Shown here: in pieces, positions 61,594 through 64,000 of the stretch | Layout: each line of letters begins with the position of its first letter | How positions within the stretch are numbered: the stretch's first letter is position 1 | NCBI GenBank assembly: GCA_963667175.2 | Contig: CAXXXF010000013.1 | Span: 128,001 to 192,000, forward strand | Source of the DNA: Candidatus Latescibacterota bacterium | Lineage (GTDB): Bacteria > Latescibacterota > UBA2968 > GCA-2709665 | DNA length: 64,000 nt | Direction: 5' to 3' | The notes under the pieces: model-generated | Database searches by the model: none | What the model saw: only the letters and a program-made list of their open reading frames with translations | What the model was told of the DNA's origin: nothing | Made by a program: the position numbers and the translations under genes

Positions 61594-62730
61594 ATGCCGG
61601 AACTGGAATTCGTTCCCGGCCTCAAGGGCGTGGTCGCGGCGCGGACGCGGCTGAGCAGGATCGACGGCGATGCGGGCGAGTTGATCCTTGGCGGGTTTCC
61701 GCTGGAATCGGTGGCGCGCAACGCGTCGTTTGAAGAGATGCTCTCCCTGTTGTGGCACGATCGGCTTCCGGATGCCGGTAAGTTGAACGAAGTCACGGAG
61801 GCGCTGGCAATACGGCGCGGGCTTCCTGAGGCGACCCACGCGGTACTCCGGGCAGCGGCAGCGAAGCGCGCGCCGGTGATCGATGCGCTCAGAATGGGCA
61901 CGGCCGCGTTGAGCCTCGGGGTCGATGAAGACTCGGACGCATGGATGGACGCGTTGACTGTCGTCGCCCGGTTCCCCACGCTGGTCGCGGCATATTGGAG
62001 GTTGCTGAACGACGAGGAACCGGTTGGGCCGCGTCACGATTTGGGTCATGCGGCGAACTATCTATACATGTTGAATGGCGAGGAGGCGAGCGCCGCCCGG
62101 GTCCGCGCGATCGAAACCTACCTGAATACCGTGATGGACCACGGGATGAATGCATCCACCTTTACGGCGCGGGTAATTATCTCCACGCGATCCGATATGG
62201 TCTCCGCGGTAACGGGCGCCATTGGCGCTTTGAAGGGACCGCTGCACGGCGGCGCGCCGGGACCGGCGCTGGATATGGTGTTCGAGATCGGGAGCGTGGA
62301 AAACGTGGAGCCGTATCTGCGTGCGAAACTGGATCGCGGGGAGCGGCTGATGGGGTTCGGCCACGCGGTCTACCGGGTGCGGGATCCGCGCGCGTCGGTG
62401 CTGGCGGCGGAGGCGGCGCGGTTCTTCAGCGAAGAAGGCGACCGGAAGGTGTACGATCTCGCCCTCGAGGTGGAACGTACCGCCGTGCGCCTGCTGGCCG
62501 AATTCAAACCGGGCCGGAATCTGGAGACGAACGTGGAGTTTTACACGGCGTTGCTGCTGCACGGTCTGGGCCTGCCGTCCGCGTTGTTCACGCCCACGTT
62601 TGCGGTGGGCCGCGTGGTTGGGTGGACGGCGCACGCACTCGAGCAGCGGGCGCAGGACCGGATCATCCGGCCGCGGGCGGAATACGTCGGCGCGACGGAC
62701 CGGCGCTGGAAGCCTCTCGGCGAGAGATGA
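61594..62730 (+). CDS. Citrate synthase / methylcitrate synthase
   Basis: GLKGVVA, DHGMNASTF, LKGPLHGGA, MGFGHAVY, NVEFY, IIRP; GGAGG RBS. Confidence 0.92.
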   Translation: MPELEFVPGLKGVVAARTRLSRIDGDAGELILGGFPLESVARNASFEEMLSLLWHDRLPDAGKLNEVTEALAIRRGLPEATHAVLRAAAAKRAPVIDALRMGTAALSLGVDEDSDAWMDALTVVARFPTLVAAYWRLLNDEEPVGPRHDLGHAANYLYMLNGEEASAARVRAIETYLNTVMDHGMNASTFTARVIISTRSDMVSAVTGAIGALKGPLHGGAPGPALDMVFEIGSVENVEPYLRAKLDRGERLMGFGHAVYRVRDPRASVLAAEAARFFSEEGDRKVYDLALEVERTAVRLLAEFKPGRNLETNVEFYTALLLHGLGLPSALFTPTFAVGRVVGWTAHALEQRAQDRIIRPRAEYVGATDRRWKPLGER

Positions 62731-62794
62731 CGTTGACGCAGGGCGGTTGAACTGCCTTGTGCAGTGAAACCGTCGCGCGGTTACCTGTTCGGAC

Positions 62795-62821
62795 GTACGG
62801 GCGACCCTTGTGGTCGCCCGT
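62795..62821. repeat. REP-like palindrome
   Basis: GTAC+GGGCGACC-cttgt-GGTCGCCC hairpin. Confidence 0.45.
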
Positions 62822-62955
62822 TGTCATAATGGTTTGCTGTCAGAAAGGAATTGATCGGCTGGATTGCCAAAGGTATCTTGTCGGCGGTGTCAGAAGCGAA
62901 TGGCGCCGCCGATTTTCAGTCTTTGCGTAGAGTACTTCCCGTACAAGAGGTGGGT

Positions 62956-64000
62956 ATGGACAGCGAAAGAGGGCGTCGGATATACGAAGATTTGGGCGTG
63001 AACCCCGTGATCAATGCGATGGGCAGCCAGACCGTTCTGGGCGGTTCACGGCTGTCTCCCGGGGTGCTGCGGGCCATGCAGGACGCGAACCGGTATTTTG
63101 TGGATATGAAGGAACTGCTGAAGCGCTCGGGGGAAGTGATCGCCGGGATGCTCGGGGCGGAGGCGGCGCTGGTGACGCCCGGGTGCGCCTCGGTGCTGTC
63201 GCTGGGGTCGGCCGCGTGCATGACGGGAAACGACCCTGGAAGGATGGAACGGCTGCCGGACACCGCGGGGATGCGCGACGAGTTTCTGATTCAGTCCCGG
63301 CAGCGTTACAAGTACGAACGCTGTGTGACGGTGTACGGCGGAAAACTGGTGGAGGTGGGCGCCGAGAGCGGCACGACCGCGAGCCAGTTGCGGGAGGCGA
63401 TGACCGGTCGAACGGCCGGCCTGCTCTACGTTGCGCCCGGGGGCGGGGATGGCGTCGTTCCGCTGGAAGACGCCCTGGGCGTCGCGAAGGAGTGCGGTGT
63501 ACCGGTGATCGTAGACGCGGCCTCCCAGATATTCCCGCTGGACGACATGTGCCGGTATCCGAGGATGGGCGCGGACGTGGTGGGGTACGGCGCCAAATAT
63601 TTCGGGTCGTGCAACTCCACGGGGATCATGTGCGGGCGGAAAGACCTGGTGGACGCGGCTTTCACGCAGGGCTTTATCGGATTCGAGACCGAGGAACGGC
63701 GCACGGTGGGACGCCCCATGAAGGTGGACCGCCAGGAGGTGATTGCCGTCACGGCCGCGCTGAAGGAGTGGTTCGAGATGGACCACGACGCGCGCTTTGC
63801 CGATCACCGGCGCAAGGCCGATGAACTTTCTCACGCCCTGGATGGCGTCGTTCACGTCGAAGTCAATCACGTCGACGAAAAGCGCGGGCTCGGAAGCGGG
63901 CTGCTGATCCGGTTCGACGAGAACGCCGTGGGCAAGACCCGGTCGCAGGTCCTGGCCGAACTGAAGGAGGGCCGCCCGAGTATCGTGCTGGGGGATTCCG
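62956..64000 (+). CDS. SelA-like PLP-dependent enzyme (second paralogue), runs off the window
   Basis: YEDLGVNPVINAMGSQT, VDAASQ, YGAKYF, RPMKVDRQE; open to the end. Confidence 0.85.
   Translation, partial: MDSERGRRIYEDLGVNPVINAMGSQTVLGGSRLSPGVLRAMQDANRYFVDMKELLKRSGEVIAGMLGAEAALVTPGCASVLSLGSAACMTGNDPGRMERLPDTAGMRDEFLIQSRQRYKYERCVTVYGGKLVEVGAESGTTASQLREAMTGRTAGLLYVAPGGGDGVVPLEDALGVAKECGVPVIVDAASQIFPLDDMCRYPRMGADVVGYGAKYFGSCNSTGIMCGRKDLVDAAFTQGFIGFETEERRTVGRPMKVDRQEVIAVTAALKEWFEMDHDARFADHRRKADELSHALDGVVHVEVNHVDEKRGLGSGLLIRFDENAVGKTRSQVLAELKEGRPSIVLGDS

Overview
This is GC-rich bacterial chromosome. Its content (a TonB receptor, many sugar/amine catabolic enzymes, sialidase, heparinase-like and SelA-like proteins) suggests a Gram-negative heterotroph, but taxonomy cannot be fixed from the sequence. 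About 0.2-39.7 kb and 57.4-64 kb hold housekeeping, catabolic and transport genes: msrB, sthA, an rluA-family gene, csp, BCCT, a TonB receptor, dCMP deaminase, FetAB-like, trmB, a selenocysteine-containing selD, and a divergent citrate-synthase pair. A visibly lower-GC accessory/defence island (~39.7-57.3 kb) separates an ABC ATPase/FtsX permease from its usual lipocalin (AttH-like) partner. The island carries two pentapeptide-repeat paralogues, a DUF4258/YgiT pair, a Ser/Thr kinase + TPR-like pair and an ORF-less group II intron. Domain IV of that intron holds an exact 285-bp copy of DNA found 3.2 kb away. The island also has a Type III R-M locus with a 5'-truncated mod and an HD (SAMHD1-like)/YwgA-like pair nested between mod and res, and a single-ORF fusion of XRE HTH + PstI/BsuBI-type methyltransferase + PstI/BsuBI-type endonuclease. 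Two MITE families share an internal palindrome. No rRNA, tRNA or CRISPR array was recognised. All family calls come from motif recognition by eye, not database searches.
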